This document shows, piece after piece, positions 47,074 through 56,839 of a stretch of 64,000 bases of DNA. Position 1 is the first letter of the stretch. Every line of letters begins with the position of its first letter. The notes under the pieces were generated by a model. That model worked only from the letters and a program-made list of their open reading frames with translations, was not told the origin of the DNA and did not search any database. The DNA is from a virus. Taxonomy: Duplodnaviria; Heunggongvirae; Uroviricota; Caudoviricetes. Location: positions 122,688 to 186,687 of IMG/VR virus record IMGVR_UViG_2834277561_000001; one strand, given 5' to 3'. The position numbers and the translations under genes are program-made.

Positions 47074-47585
47074 ATAAATTATGCTTCCTTAAAGAGATGA
47101 TGAATCCAATTGTCGAGAAATGTTTGGATAAATATGGTGGAGGAGAATCATATTTTACAGAAATTGATGCAATGATTAAATCAAATCCTGTGCTGATGAG
47201 CGAATACATTCAATATATCACAGAAAAAGAGAACATATATAATGTGATATTTAGTGGTGAAATTGGACTGAAATACTTTGCTATGCAATTGAAGCAACAA
47301 ATTCCGAGTGATATTAATCTATTTCTGCTTCCTGGTGGACTCAGACTAAATCCATCAAAATTATTTGAGGCAGACAATAACATATTAGAGTCACGAACAG
47401 TTTTGTCATCTAAATATATATTTTTAGATGACAGCTATTATAGTGGCAAAACATTAAATGCTGTGTCTGAATTTGTGAAAAAAGGCGGAGGAGTCATTGA
47501 AAAATCATATGTGTTTTATGATGGCTCGCCAGTAAAAACAAATGTGCAAAGTTTATATAGATATTACGACAATTTGGAGAATTAA
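47070..47585 (+). CDS. phosphoribosyltransferase-domain protein
   Basis: PRPP-binding loop YIFLDDSYYSGKTLNAV (hydrophobic stretch, DD, then G.T). Confidence 0.5.
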   Translation: MNKLCFLKEMMNPIVEKCLDKYGGGESYFTEIDAMIKSNPVLMSEYIQYITEKENIYNVIFSGEIGLKYFAMQLKQQIPSDINLFLLPGGLRLNPSKLFEADNNILESRTVLSSKYIFLDDSYYSGKTLNAVSEFVKKGGGVIEKSYVFYDGSPVKTNVQSLYRYYDNLEN

Positions 47586-47588
47586 TAT

Positions 47589-48098
47589 ATGAATGAATAT
47601 TTAGAAAAACATGGTATTGAAAAAATAGAAAATCTTATAGGAATGATCGCATATCATACATATCCATCACAGGGGATTATTCAATCCAGAATCCGTAAAA
47701 TATTATTCAAAACGAAATGGATTATTTATGATGAAAGTAGTTATGGCATCGAAGAACTAGTCAAATCCGTATTTTTTGATTATGACGAGGCAAAAGAATA
47801 TGAATTTTCGCAGCTTAACAAAAGAACCGCTAGACAGTTAATTAACACCGTTTCTAAAAATATGGATAATCACAATTCGGAAATCAACACTTTATATCGG
47901 CTTCTTAAAAAATATCCGACAGAGGAATCGCGTAAACATTATCATAAAAATTGCGGGAATTGTGTAAATGTATCCGATGATTGTATAGCTGGTATTTGTA
48001 GAGAATGTATGGAAGACGAAGTGACTACTGGAAAATTCGAAAATTGGAATCCGGATTTAGAAAAACTTAAAGAATTATGGATTCAAACAGAGAATTAA
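47589..48098 (+). CDS. hypothetical protein with C-terminal Cys cluster
   Basis: ORF of 169 aa. Confidence 0.5.
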   Translation: MNEYLEKHGIEKIENLIGMIAYHTYPSQGIIQSRIRKILFKTKWIIYDESSYGIEELVKSVFFDYDEAKEYEFSQLNKRTARQLINTVSKNMDNHNSEINTLYRLLKKYPTEESRKHYHKNCGNCVNVSDDCIAGICRECMEDEVTTGKFENWNPDLEKLKELWIQTEN

Positions 48099-48139
48099 TA
48101 TATATGAACCGATGTTTTTAGAATTGAAGGATGTAAAGT

Positions 48140-48439
48140 ATGTATAAAGAATTAAGTAAAGATGAAGATTTTTCAAAATCTTACCCTACATGGGTAATTG
48201 CGTATTGTGTTGACATCAATTCCTTTTTTGTAACAAATCAGAGACATTTCTTTTGGGAATACGATAATGAATTTTCCTGTGAGAGCGATGCCATAGAATA
48301 TTTCAAAACTCATTTAGATGAATTTAGGAAAATAAGGAATGAGATACTGACCTCAACTGGCGGTTGGAGTGTAAATAGCGATTTATATTTAGAAAATACA
48401 CAAGAAAGTTTCAAATATGATGAAACGAATATTTCATGA
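48140..48439 (+). CDS. hypothetical protein
   Basis: ORF of 99 aa. Confidence 0.5.
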   Translation: MYKELSKDEDFSKSYPTWVIAYCVDINSFFVTNQRHFFWEYDNEFSCESDAIEYFKTHLDEFRKIRNEILTSTGGWSVNSDLYLENTQESFKYDETNIS

Positions 48440-48457
48440 GAAAAAAGGAGTTACTGA

Positions 48458-49486
48458 ATGATGATTGAAGAAATCAAACAGAAAGTTGCGAGTAAAGAAT
48501 ATAACTTTTTAAGAGAAAATGAACACCTTGGAAAGAATATTATTCTTCTTGGACTTGGTGGAAGCCATGCATACGGAACGAACACGGAAAGTTCTGATCT
48601 CGATGTTCGTGGTATCGCAGTTAATAGAAAAGAAGAAATATTATCAAATATTCGTTTTGAACAGTTTGTTAATGAAGAAACGGATACGACAATTTATTCG
48701 TTTAACAAAATAATTGCGTTGTTGTCAAATTGCAATCCTAATACAATCGAAATCCTTGGATTAAAGCCGGAACATTACCTTTATATCAATTCTGTAGGAA
48801 AAGAATTGCTTAATAATTCACATATGTTTTTATCAAAAAAATGTGTGCAATCATTCGGCGGTTATGCAAATAGCCAGTTGCGAAGGCTAGACAATAAAGC
48901 AGTTCGTCTTGTAGGACAGGCAGAAAGAGAGAATCATATATTAAATAGTATTAAAAATGCTTTTGCAACTTTTCCTGATAAATATTTTCCATTTAAAGAT
49001 GGTGATATTAAACTCTATATAGATAAAGCCGTACAGGAAGATTATGATACCGAAATTTTCATGGACGTTAATTTGACACACTATCCACTAAGAGATTACA
49101 AATCTATGTGGTCTGAAATGAATAATATTGTGAAAGATTATTCCAAAATCGGCAAGCGGAATAAGCACGCAATTGAGCATGAAAAACTTGGCAAACATAT
49201 GATGCATTTGGTTAGATTATTTTACACATGTTTTGATATTCTTGAAAATGAAAGAATTGTTACGTATAGAAAAGAAGAACATGATTTGCTCATGGATATT
49301 CGAAATGGCAAATATCTTGATGATAATCGACAGCCAATACCGGAGTTCTTTGAGTTAGTGGATGAACTCGAAAAACGATTAGATTATGATAAAGTAAATA
49401 CATCTCTTCCAGATAAACCAGATTATAAGAGAATTAATGATTTTGCAATTTCCGTCAATGAACGGATTGTAAAAGGAGAATTATAA
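48458..49486 (+). CDS. nucleotidyltransferase-fold (Pol-beta superfamily) protein
   Basis: GLGGSHAYGTNTESSDLDV matches the GS-x(n)-DxD NTase signature. Confidence 0.5.
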   Translation: MMIEEIKQKVASKEYNFLRENEHLGKNIILLGLGGSHAYGTNTESSDLDVRGIAVNRKEEILSNIRFEQFVNEETDTTIYSFNKIIALLSNCNPNTIEILGLKPEHYLYINSVGKELLNNSHMFLSKKCVQSFGGYANSQLRRLDNKAVRLVGQAERENHILNSIKNAFATFPDKYFPFKDGDIKLYIDKAVQEDYDTEIFMDVNLTHYPLRDYKSMWSEMNNIVKDYSKIGKRNKHAIEHEKLGKHMMHLVRLFYTCFDILENERIVTYRKEEHDLLMDIRNGKYLDDNRQPIPEFFELVDELEKRLDYDKVNTSLPDKPDYKRINDFAISVNERIVKGEL

Positions 49487-49487
49487 T

Positions 49488-49718
49488 ATGTGGAAAAATA
49501 CAAACAAATACAATAATATGATTAGTGCTTTCCAGTGTGATTTTGCATGTGCCAGAGACAGACTTTGTAATTTACGGTTATCCGACTTAGATACTGCAAT
49601 TACAAATAAAGATGATCCTCGGTATAAAAGTATCAATGAAGATATTGATCTCCTTGAAGAACTAGAGTTTCTTCTTCGATACGGGAAAGCAAAAATTATG
49701 GTAAAAGAAGGAGAATAA
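49488..49718 (+). CDS. hypothetical protein
   Basis: ORF of 76 aa. Confidence 0.45.
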   Translation: MWKNTNKYNNMISAFQCDFACARDRLCNLRLSDLDTAITNKDDPRYKSINEDIDLLEELEFLLRYGKAKIMVKEGE

Positions 49719-49722
49719 ACAT

Positions 49723-50106
49723 ATGGGAACTAAATTTCTAATTTTAATATCTATGGTTTTCTGCCATATTGTAGATGATTATTATTTACAGGGTTGGCTT
49801 GCATCCGCAAAGCAGAAATCATGGTGGGATAAAAATTCGCCAGATAAATTATATAAACATGATTATATTGCGGCGTTGTTCATGCACAGTTTTAGCTGGA
49901 CATTCATGATGATGCTTGTCCCTACAATTTACATAATTCTATTTGGTGGAAAATATTATCCGTTAGTATTTGTAGTCAATATCATTATTCATATGATTAC
50001 GGATAACCTAAAAGCGAATGCAAAAGTAATTAATTTATGTCAGGATCAGTTGATTCACATGATTCAGATTATTGGAACGTTTATTGTTTTTATCATATGT
50101 AAATAA
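49723..50106 (+). CDS. membrane protein, possibly DUF3307-like
   Basis: Three or four hydrophobic helices; HIVDDYYLQ motif. Confidence 0.45.
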   Translation: MGTKFLILISMVFCHIVDDYYLQGWLASAKQKSWWDKNSPDKLYKHDYIAALFMHSFSWTFMMMLVPTIYIILFGGKYYPLVFVVNIIIHMITDNLKANAKVINLCQDQLIHMIQIIGTFIVFIICK

Positions 50107-50131
50107 ATTACATTAAAAGGAGAATAAATTT

Positions 50132-50536
50132 ATGACAAAAGAAGAAGCTGTTGAAATTATCAAAAAAGATATGAGTAATATTATGGCTGATGAAAATACA
50201 TTCAGAAGACAATACGATCTCCATCAGGCGGAAGCATTGGCGTTACAGGCTTTGAGTAATGAAATTTTAGAATCGAATCCAAGAAAAGCTTATGTCAAAA
50301 TGATACCAGGAAATATTGTTTATTTAAAAAATGATAAGTTATTTGCAATTGTACTTGATGTTTTAGACGACGATATTCCTGATTGCATGGTATATGATGA
50401 AAATGGAATAGTTCAAAAAATCTCAATCACCGAAGTTTTGCCAATTATATCATCATCTATAAAATATGACACGCAACTGTATTTTGACAAGATGATGTCA
50501 GAATTGCGTAGAATGAAACATCCAACGGAGAATTAA
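50132..50536 (+). CDS. hypothetical protein
   Basis: ORF of 134 aa with AAAGGAGAA ribosome-binding site. Confidence 0.5.
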   Translation: MTKEEAVEIIKKDMSNIMADENTFRRQYDLHQAEALALQALSNEILESNPRKAYVKMIPGNIVYLKNDKLFAIVLDVLDDDIPDCMVYDENGIVQKISITEVLPIISSSIKYDTQLYFDKMMSELRRMKHPTEN

Positions 50537-50673
50537 TAACCGTCCAAGTATGAATGACATAAAACTTATCATACAATCGCACTTATATCTAACGATATAA
50601 AGTAAACCAGTTAATTAAGTAGAGGGTTGGAACTGGCATCTGAAAACGAAAGATGAAGCAACTTCTACAACAA

Positions 50674-50747
50674 TGGGCATTCGCCAAGCGGTAAGGCACA
50701 GCACTTTGACTGCTGCATTTTCGTTGGTTCGAATCCAACATGCCCAG
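50674..50747 (+). tRNA. tRNA-Gln (anticodon UUG)
   Basis: Acceptor TGGGCAT/ATGCCCA, D-arm GCCAAGCGGTAAGGC, anticodon stem CAGCA/TGCTG with loop CTTTGAC, T-arm GTTGGTTCGAATCCAAC; close to E. coli tRNA-Gln. Confidence 0.8.
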
Positions 50748-50751
50748 TTAA

Positions 50752-50832
50752 GCGGATATGGCGGAATGGCAGACGCAGAAAACTCAAAATCTTCCGGAGA
50801 AATTCGTGTGGGTTCAAGTCCCACTATCCGTA
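50752..50832 (+). tRNA. tRNA-Leu (anticodon CAA) with long variable arm
   Basis: Acceptor GCGGATA/TATCCGT, anticodon loop CTCAAAA, long variable arm, T-arm TGGGTTCAAGTCCCA. Confidence 0.7.
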
Positions 50833-51148
50833 TTAGGCTAATATTTGTAAGTAAGTTGCTGAAGCGCAAGGTGATTGAAAACAAAATTAGGCCTAAAGTT
50901 ATAACTTTTAACGCGTGTTGTGATCTGGAACCGAGTAAAGTTGGGGCTACGGCATACTGGTTGTATGGTTTGGGTATGCATTTTTTGAGTCAACTACAAT
51001 GACGAGGGTTGTGGTGAAATGGCGAGGATGTCGGGGTAACGCCGATGTGTAGTCGTAGTTGATTAGAAATATCTTTCAAGTTCAGTGCAACGAGAGAAAG
51101 ATGAACAGAACGTAAGCTTAGTATATCTTTCCTTTCTAGCATTAAACC
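50833..51148 (+). other. structured non-coding region between tRNA-Leu and the tRNA-like element
   Basis: No credible ORF; multiple inverted repeats such as GCATAC..GTATGC and AGTTG..CAACT; ORFs reported here overlap tRNAs or are low-complexity. Confidence 0.3.
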
Positions 51149-51219
51149 TGCTCGTTGGTGCAATGGTAGCACAATGGGGACGACTCCTAGTGATAAAGGT
51201 TCGATTCCTTTGCGGGCAA
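51149..51219 (+). tRNA. tRNA-like element: canonical acceptor, D-arm and T-arm but aberrant anticodon arm (pseudo-tRNA or noncanonical tRNA)
   Basis: Acceptor TGCTCGT/GCGGGCA with two G-U pairs, D-arm GTGCAATGGTAGCAC, T-arm AAAGGTTCGATTCCTTT; anticodon region ATGGGGACGACTCCTAG lacks U33. Confidence 0.3.
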
Positions 51220-51284
51220 TCTCCCGAAATCACAAAAAGTTTTGCGGGAAATCTTCACGAAATTGCAAAATGTTGGAGGTAAAT

Positions 51285-51566
51285 ATGAAATATGTAGAGA
51301 ATATTGTTATAGGAAAACCAATTTTGCCACCATGCGTTATGTTTGCATCTGATGTGCATGATTGGATAAATAATGAAATTGAGAAGACTTATTATACAAA
51401 TGAACGATTTTTACCAAAGATTCTGGTAGAGCTTGGCATCTATCCGTCGATAAGTGAAATTCGAAGAAACAAACCTAATCTTATGATTTCATTAGATAGA
51501 CTAGATTTCTTAGATAATTTGAAGATTAGTAAGAAAAGACGATTATGGATTTTAGTAGGAGAATAA
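51285..51566 (+). CDS. hypothetical protein
   Basis: GGAGGT ribosome-binding site followed by ATG; the longer track ORF would overlap the tRNA-like element. Confidence 0.5.
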   Translation: MKYVENIVIGKPILPPCVMFASDVHDWINNEIEKTYYTNERFLPKILVELGIYPSISEIRRNKPNLMISLDRLDFLDNLKISKKRRLWILVGE

Positions 51567-51569
51567 AAA

Positions 51570-51839
51570 ATGGCAAAAGCAGTGGTAATGCGAACTGATC
51601 AGGGAGTAATGTTGTTGGGAACAACTCAGACTATTTCCGGAGCCTGGTGGAATGCGGAAGGATGCTATAAGTATTGTCAGAGAAATGAAAAATGGCAAGC
51701 TGCGTTACAGTCACATAAATTAATTCATGCATCCTCATTGATTGGATATGAGAAGAACACTGAAGACTGGTATACAAAAAGAGAGAATTTCATAGATGTA
51801 GATGTATCTTATAAATGTTCTCAAACATACGGAGGATAA
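51570..51839 (+). CDS. hypothetical protein
   Basis: ORF of 89 aa. Confidence 0.5.
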   Translation: MAKAVVMRTDQGVMLLGTTQTISGAWWNAEGCYKYCQRNEKWQAALQSHKLIHASSLIGYEKNTEDWYTKRENFIDVDVSYKCSQTYGG

Positions 51840-51842
51840 GTA

Positions 51843-52253
51843 ATGGAGAATATCGAGTTTCATGAAGGAGACTTCGTTCAGAGAAAAGATGGCGCAATAG
51901 GTTACATATATTACATCTGTCATTGCTCAGATTGTAAAAGTCGAGGTTTCTTTGAACCGACTATTAAATATTTAAACGGTGAGACAGAATATATTTCTAA
52001 TTATGATGTTAAAAATCTTGAAAATTCTTATATTCAAATAGGTACTCATGTATTTGACAAAAATGCAAAAAGTAAGATAAAAAATAATTGTCCTAAATAT
52101 TCTCTAATTGGAGAAATAACATATAAGGATATTGATCCGGATATCATTTCAAATGCGTTGATAGACATGAAAAACAATAATTATGTTCCAGTATTAAAAG
52201 ATATTTCGTATTCCGGAGCGAAATTATATTGGATTCTTAAAAAGGAGAACTAA
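51843..52253 (+). CDS. hypothetical protein
   Basis: ORF of 136 aa. Confidence 0.5.
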   Translation: MENIEFHEGDFVQRKDGAIGYIYYICHCSDCKSRGFFEPTIKYLNGETEYISNYDVKNLENSYIQIGTHVFDKNAKSKIKNNCPKYSLIGEITYKDIDPDIISNALIDMKNNNYVPVLKDISYSGAKLYWILKKEN

Positions 52254-53185
52254 TGAACAAGTTATTTACACATACAGATTTAGATGGCGTTGGATGCGCT
52301 ATTATAGCAAAATTGGTTTACGGAGATGAAATAGATATTTCGTTCTGTGATTATAACGAAGTTTATGAAAAAGTTGGAAAATGCCAGCCTAATAATTATG
52401 ATCATATCGATATAACAGATATCAGCGTTGGTGAAATACTTGGTAAATCTATAGATGAAAATTATTCAAATCAAGTTAATTTATATGATCATCACGCAAC
52501 GGCAAAAGATCTTGATAAATATTCGTGGGCGGTCGTTAAAGTAAATGACGAGAAAACAGGATTAATGACATGTGGTACAGAAATTTATTATAACCATATT
52601 GGTCAGTATATTGATAAAGAATATCGATTGGCTGTCGAGTCATTTGTAAAATATGTAACGTTATGGGATACGTGGAGATGGAAAGAAAAAAATTCTGGAT
52701 TAGCAGGAGCCAATGCTAAGAAAATCAATACTTTATTTAGTATTTATGGAAGAGAGAAATTTATCAAATGGGCGATTGATCATATAAAATCTGGAGTCTT
52801 CCCTAATTTTACAGTAGCAGATTTGAGCATTTTAGAACCTAAACAAAATGAAGTTCTTCGATATATTGATGAAAAAGACAATCAATATATTAAGAGAAAA
52901 GATTTTGCAGGAAGAGTATTTGGCGTGGTGTTTGCAGAAAATTACATTAGTGAACTTGGAAATGCCTTATGTGAACGACATCCAGAATTAGCTTATACTG
53001 TAATTATTGATATTGGAAAGGGAAAGGTTTCTTATAGAACTATTCGCGATGATATTAATTTAGGAAAAGATATTGCATCATTATATGCTGGCGGTGGACA
53101 TGCTAAAGCAGCTGGTTCAGAATTTGGAAAAATCATTGTTTATGATGTAATTGATAAGCTTTTTAAAGGCAGGATTATATCATGA
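52253..53185 (+). CDS. DHH-family phosphoesterase (NrnA/RecJ-like)
   Basis: THTDLDGVGCA (DxD), LYDHHAT (DHH), YAGGGHAKAAG (GGGH). Confidence 0.7.
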   Translation: MNKLFTHTDLDGVGCAIIAKLVYGDEIDISFCDYNEVYEKVGKCQPNNYDHIDITDISVGEILGKSIDENYSNQVNLYDHHATAKDLDKYSWAVVKVNDEKTGLMTCGTEIYYNHIGQYIDKEYRLAVESFVKYVTLWDTWRWKEKNSGLAGANAKKINTLFSIYGREKFIKWAIDHIKSGVFPNFTVADLSILEPKQNEVLRYIDEKDNQYIKRKDFAGRVFGVVFAENYISELGNALCERHPELAYTVIIDIGKGKVSYRTIRDDINLGKDIASLYAGGGHAKAAGSEFGKIIVYDVIDKLFKGRIIS

Positions 53186-53199
53186 CGAGGCATTAAAAT

Positions 53200-53589
53200 A
53201 TGACTAATTATTTTAGTAATATATTCCATAATATTAGTAACTTAATAATGGATTGTTATGATGCTCACAAAAATAAATGGGTAGATATAATCCTCTGCAA
53301 TAGTCATCCACATATAGGTGATGTCGTATACACAAAAATGAATACAGTTCTGGATATTGGAATAATAAAAAGTTTAAACCCGCTTCAAATATATGCACGA
53401 AGCACCAAATATGATAGGTGCGGAATTCCGAGACAATTCGGCGGAGTATTATATTGTACGTGGTATAATTCTAAAATCAATTTATCTCTTAGCGAATGGA
53501 TAAAAATATCAAAAGATTCTGATGTAAAAACTGTATGTAGTAGGCTTAACATTCCATATTACAGTTATAAAAGGAGATCATATGATTAA
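53200..53589 (+). CDS. hypothetical protein
   Basis: ORF of 129 aa. Confidence 0.5.
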   Translation: MTNYFSNIFHNISNLIMDCYDAHKNKWVDIILCNSHPHIGDVVYTKMNTVLDIGIIKSLNPLQIYARSTKYDRCGIPRQFGGVLYCTWYNSKINLSLSEWIKISKDSDVKTVCSRLNIPYYSYKRRSYD

Positions 53590-53932
53590 TTTGGACGATT
53601 ATTTCAGCGATTTTTCTCCAGAAGAAGCTATGGAGCAAACAGACGAACATTTTAAACAGTTAGAACGAGAAAATATGATTGAAAGATTACGAAAATTTTT
53701 TGATCGTGGTTGCGGATATTCTGGAACGCAAGAACAACTTAATGATTGGATGCAAGAAACCATTAAAGGGCTTGATCCTAAAACGAAATTATATTTCGAT
53801 GAATGTATGATTGTGAACTATGATGGAAACGAAGTTCTGGGTGGTTTAGATGATTTCATCAACATGTTCTGGGATAAAGCAATCGAAGGAATTTTGAATG
53901 TTTTAGAAACAGAGGAGATACATATTGGGTAA
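53582..53932 (+). CDS. hypothetical protein
   Basis: ORF of 116 aa. Confidence 0.5.
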   Translation: MINLDDYFSDFSPEEAMEQTDEHFKQLERENMIERLRKFFDRGCGYSGTQEQLNDWMQETIKGLDPKTKLYFDECMIVNYDGNEVLGGLDDFINMFWDKAIEGILNVLETEEIHIG

Positions 53933-54176
53933 AACTACAATTACATACAATAGCAAATATGATGTTGGAGATATTGTTGTATTCAAAAAAGATAGGATGC
54001 TATTGGTAGGCATTATAGATGGGTATTATGTAGAAGATAATTTAATTTGGTACAATATTCGCATTAACAACAATAGAGTGTTCACATATTCTAATGGCGG
54101 TGATATTGGTGAAGAAGATATTGTATATAAGATAAATGCAAAAACTCTAAAAGATGAAATTTTTCGTCTAAATTAA
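53925..54176 (+). CDS. hypothetical protein
   Basis: ORF of 83 aa with TTG start. Confidence 0.4.
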   Translation: MGKTTITYNSKYDVGDIVVFKKDRMLLVGIIDGYYVEDNLIWYNIRINNNRVFTYSNGGDIGEEDIVYKINAKTLKDEIFRLN

Positions 54177-54219
54177 TCAATGTGAAATTTTAGTTTCAAA
54201 AGGTAATAATGGAGAATAT

Positions 54220-54501
54220 ATGAATAAATTCACAGAGAATGAAGAAGGTTATATTGTTTTTGAAGACGGTGGAACATCTCCTATTGCTTATGGTGCTAGT
54301 GAGAAGTGGTTCCCGACATATAACAAAGCAATAGAATATGCTTTAAGCATTGTAAATGAAAGAATAGAAGAATTTAAAAATGTGTATGACTTAAATTCCG
54401 TGATTGTGTACGCAGGAGCGGAAAAATTGCTGCATGAAACCCATTCAGTTCCTAATAATGGAAAAGTTGTATTTTGTTGGAGCAATTATTATAGGAAGTA
54501 G
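54220..54501 (+). CDS. hypothetical protein
   Basis: ORF of 93 aa with GGAG ribosome-binding site. Confidence 0.5.
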   Translation: MNKFTENEEGYIVFEDGGTSPIAYGASEKWFPTYNKAIEYALSIVNERIEEFKNVYDLNSVIVYAGAEKLLHETHSVPNNGKVVFCWSNYYRK

Positions 54502-54609
54502 CAATAAAATGAAACAAAACGAAATGGATAGATAATATCTCTATTTCATTTACAAATTCTAAACAGTCTATTCAGGCTGAAAATTTCCAGATAAAAGAGA
54601 ATTATAAAT

Positions 54610-55047
54610 ATGATATATAAGTCAACAGATATCTCGGAATATGTCTTAGGATATATCTATAAGACAAAAGAATACAGAATAAATGTATTGCAATTAATGG
54701 ATATCTTATATTTTGTACAGGCTCAATTTTTGGTAAATAAAAATCTAAGAGCATTTGCAGAAGATATAGTTGCAAAAGATTGGAGTGTTTTCATCGAAAG
54801 TGTTTGGAGGAAATATAAGATATATTGCAATTCAATTATTCCTGTTCACATAAATAACTTCGACAATGTTTGTAAAAAGATATATCATTCCGATGCACTT
54901 CTTGTTAATGATGTTGTAATTTTGATTCATGGTTCATCTTGGAAACTCATGAATATCATAAGAGAGCAAACACCTTATATAAATGGATTAAACAATTATC
55001 CTACTTTTACAATTACTGATACAGACATGAAAAAATTCTTCTCATAA
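54610..55047 (+). CDS. hypothetical protein
   Basis: ORF of 145 aa. Confidence 0.5.
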   Translation: MIYKSTDISEYVLGYIYKTKEYRINVLQLMDILYFVQAQFLVNKNLRAFAEDIVAKDWSVFIESVWRKYKIYCNSIIPVHINNFDNVCKKIYHSDALLVNDVVILIHGSSWKLMNIIREQTPYINGLNNYPTFTITDTDMKKFFS

Positions 55048-55192
55048 AGAGAATTATATATTAGGTGGTTACAGCATACCTTTGGATCTTTCATAAACCA
55101 CTGTTCACATAGATTTATCTTATAGATTTACTTCTATGTTCCGTCGATTTTCGGCGTTTATATACAATTAAATACGGAAAGGATGATAAAAA

Positions 55193-55645
55193 ATGAGTGG
55201 TGAATTCAGTATTAAAATTGGCAAAATTGATTTTAATAGAATTGATGATTTAATAAAACCATATGGAAATACATCAATTTGTACAGGCAATAAGCCAGCC
55301 CAGGATTTAACCATTACCAGTACAAGTAATGAGACATTTCATATTTGCGGAAATAATGATTGGGCGTATTTAGTTGTGGATGCATTATCCCCATTATTAC
55401 AATATGCTTCACTTGTAGAAAATAAAATTTCAAATGACTTGCGTAAAATGGATAGGGAGAAAAATTCGAAACCTAAAGTTATCGGATTAGGCAGAAATGA
55501 TTTTAGAGCATTAGATATTTTATTTAGAATTCGCGGATCTGAAGATTCATTAAAAGAATACAGAAATATTCCTGTTGTAAGACTAGAAGAAGATAATGCA
55601 ATAGAATTTTTAGGTACAAAAGAATTTGATTTACCATTTGAATAA
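55193..55645 (+). CDS. hypothetical protein
   Basis: ORF of 150 aa with AAAGGATG ribosome-binding site. Confidence 0.5.
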   Translation: MSGEFSIKIGKIDFNRIDDLIKPYGNTSICTGNKPAQDLTITSTSNETFHICGNNDWAYLVVDALSPLLQYASLVENKISNDLRKMDREKNSKPKVIGLGRNDFRALDILFRIRGSEDSLKEYRNIPVVRLEEDNAIEFLGTKEFDLPFE

Positions 55646-55664
55646 AAAGGAGAACTAAACATAT

Positions 55665-56303
55665 ATGGCAGAAAATTATTTTAAATTACTGTATGACGTT
55701 GATGTAAGCGGAAAAGTCAAAGAAAAAAACGGATTAAGCTTTTTATCTTGGGCGGCTGCATGGGCAGAAATTAAGAAAAGGCATCCAGATGCAACTTACA
55801 AAATTTATCATCAGACAATTACGAGGCATGTTGGTGACGAAAATAGTTGGTACGAAACTACATTTGAAAGACCATGGTTTGACGACGGAAGATCTGGATG
55901 GGTAAAAACTAGCGTCACAGTTAATGGTATTGAACATATCGAAGAACTTGCTATTATGAATTTTAGTAATAAATCCATTGAAGCGGAAAAAATCACATCT
56001 ACGGATGCTACCAAATCATTTCAGAGAGCTATCACAAAAGCATGTGCAAGACACGGAATCGGACTCTTCGTATATGAAGGAGAGGATCTTCCTGAAGAAC
56101 TTAAAGTGACTGCGAAATTACAGGCAGAATGTATGGATTTAATAAAAAAGAAATCTGCGTTATCTGAAAAAACAAAAGAAAAAGTCGCAGAAATTTGCAA
56201 AGAAATTCTCGATGATGAAAATGGAGAGCCGAGAATTTGCGAAAATAATAAGAAGCTCGAAGATTTAAAAAAGAAACTTATAGCCACTAGAAAAATTGTT
56301 TAA
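55665..56303 (+). CDS. Rad52-like single-strand annealing protein (Sak/DUF1071-like)
   Basis: GLSFLSWAAAWAEIKKRHPDATYKIY resembles the Sak N-terminal signature; sits in the replication/recombination module next to the SSB. Confidence 0.5.
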   Translation: MAENYFKLLYDVDVSGKVKEKNGLSFLSWAAAWAEIKKRHPDATYKIYHQTITRHVGDENSWYETTFERPWFDDGRSGWVKTSVTVNGIEHIEELAIMNFSNKSIEAEKITSTDATKSFQRAITKACARHGIGLFVYEGEDLPEELKVTAKLQAECMDLIKKKSALSEKTKEKVAEICKEILDDENGEPRICENNKKLEDLKKKLIATRKIV

Positions 56304-56439
56304 TTTATTTTATCTATTGACCAATTTCAGGTCAAAAATTCCACTAAAAAAAGAGAATTGTATATTGGGGCGGTATAGCATACCCCTGGGATTCCTATTC
56401 CCACAAATCACTAAATAATTAAACAGAGGAGAAAAACAT

Positions 56440-56826
56440 ATGTTTTCAGAAGGAAATTATGCGCACATTTGGGAGTTAGAGGACAAAGGTAAGTATCATG
56501 AAGCTCGTATGTCTACATCCAGAAAAAATAGTCAGACAGGAGAGTACGAACAGGACTGGTCATCATTTGGAGTTAGACTCGTTGCTACGGCTCACGAACA
56601 GGCAAAAAATCTCGATACAAGTAAAAATGTAAGAATTGGAAGATGTGGAGTTTCCAATAAATATGATAAAGAAAAGAAAATCACATATACAAACTATGTA
56701 ATTTTTAATTTCGAAGATGAAAATTCTAATTCTGGCGGTAGCGATACTCAGAAACCTCAGAAATCAAAAGATGATTTTATGGATGTTTCCGCCTCTATTG
56801 ACGACGATGAACTTCCATTCTGCTAA
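56440..56826 (+). CDS. single-stranded DNA-binding protein (atypical SSB)
   Basis: Gly/Ser-rich linker and acidic C-terminal tail DDDELPF, the SSB client-binding motif. Confidence 0.6.
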   Translation: MFSEGNYAHIWELEDKGKYHEARMSTSRKNSQTGEYEQDWSSFGVRLVATAHEQAKNLDTSKNVRIGRCGVSNKYDKEKKITYTNYVIFNFEDENSNSGGSDTQKPQKSKDDFMDVSASIDDDELPFC

Positions 56827-56839
56827 GAGGTAGTTAAAT

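Noticed and set aside
50752-50832. Possibility that the second tRNA is a UGA or UAA suppressor (anticodon loop contains TCA offset by one)
   Set aside because: The only stem/loop register with a 7-nt loop and U33 gives anticodon CAA (Leu), consistent with the long variable arm. A suppressor register requires multiple stem mismatches.
50833-51219. tmRNA interpretation of the structured region ending in a tRNA-like T-arm and acceptor
   Set aside because: No 5' acceptor strand complementary to GCGGGCA exists upstream other than the one only 60 nt away (giving a tRNA-sized molecule). No plausible tag-peptide reading frame ending in AA-stop was found.
50673-51282. Track ORFs 50673-51002 (+), 51085-51282 (+), 50615-50884 (-) and 50990-51172 (-)
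   Set aside because: They overlap the tRNA-Gln and tRNA-Leu genes and the tRNA-like element. Composition is atypical and there is no RBS.
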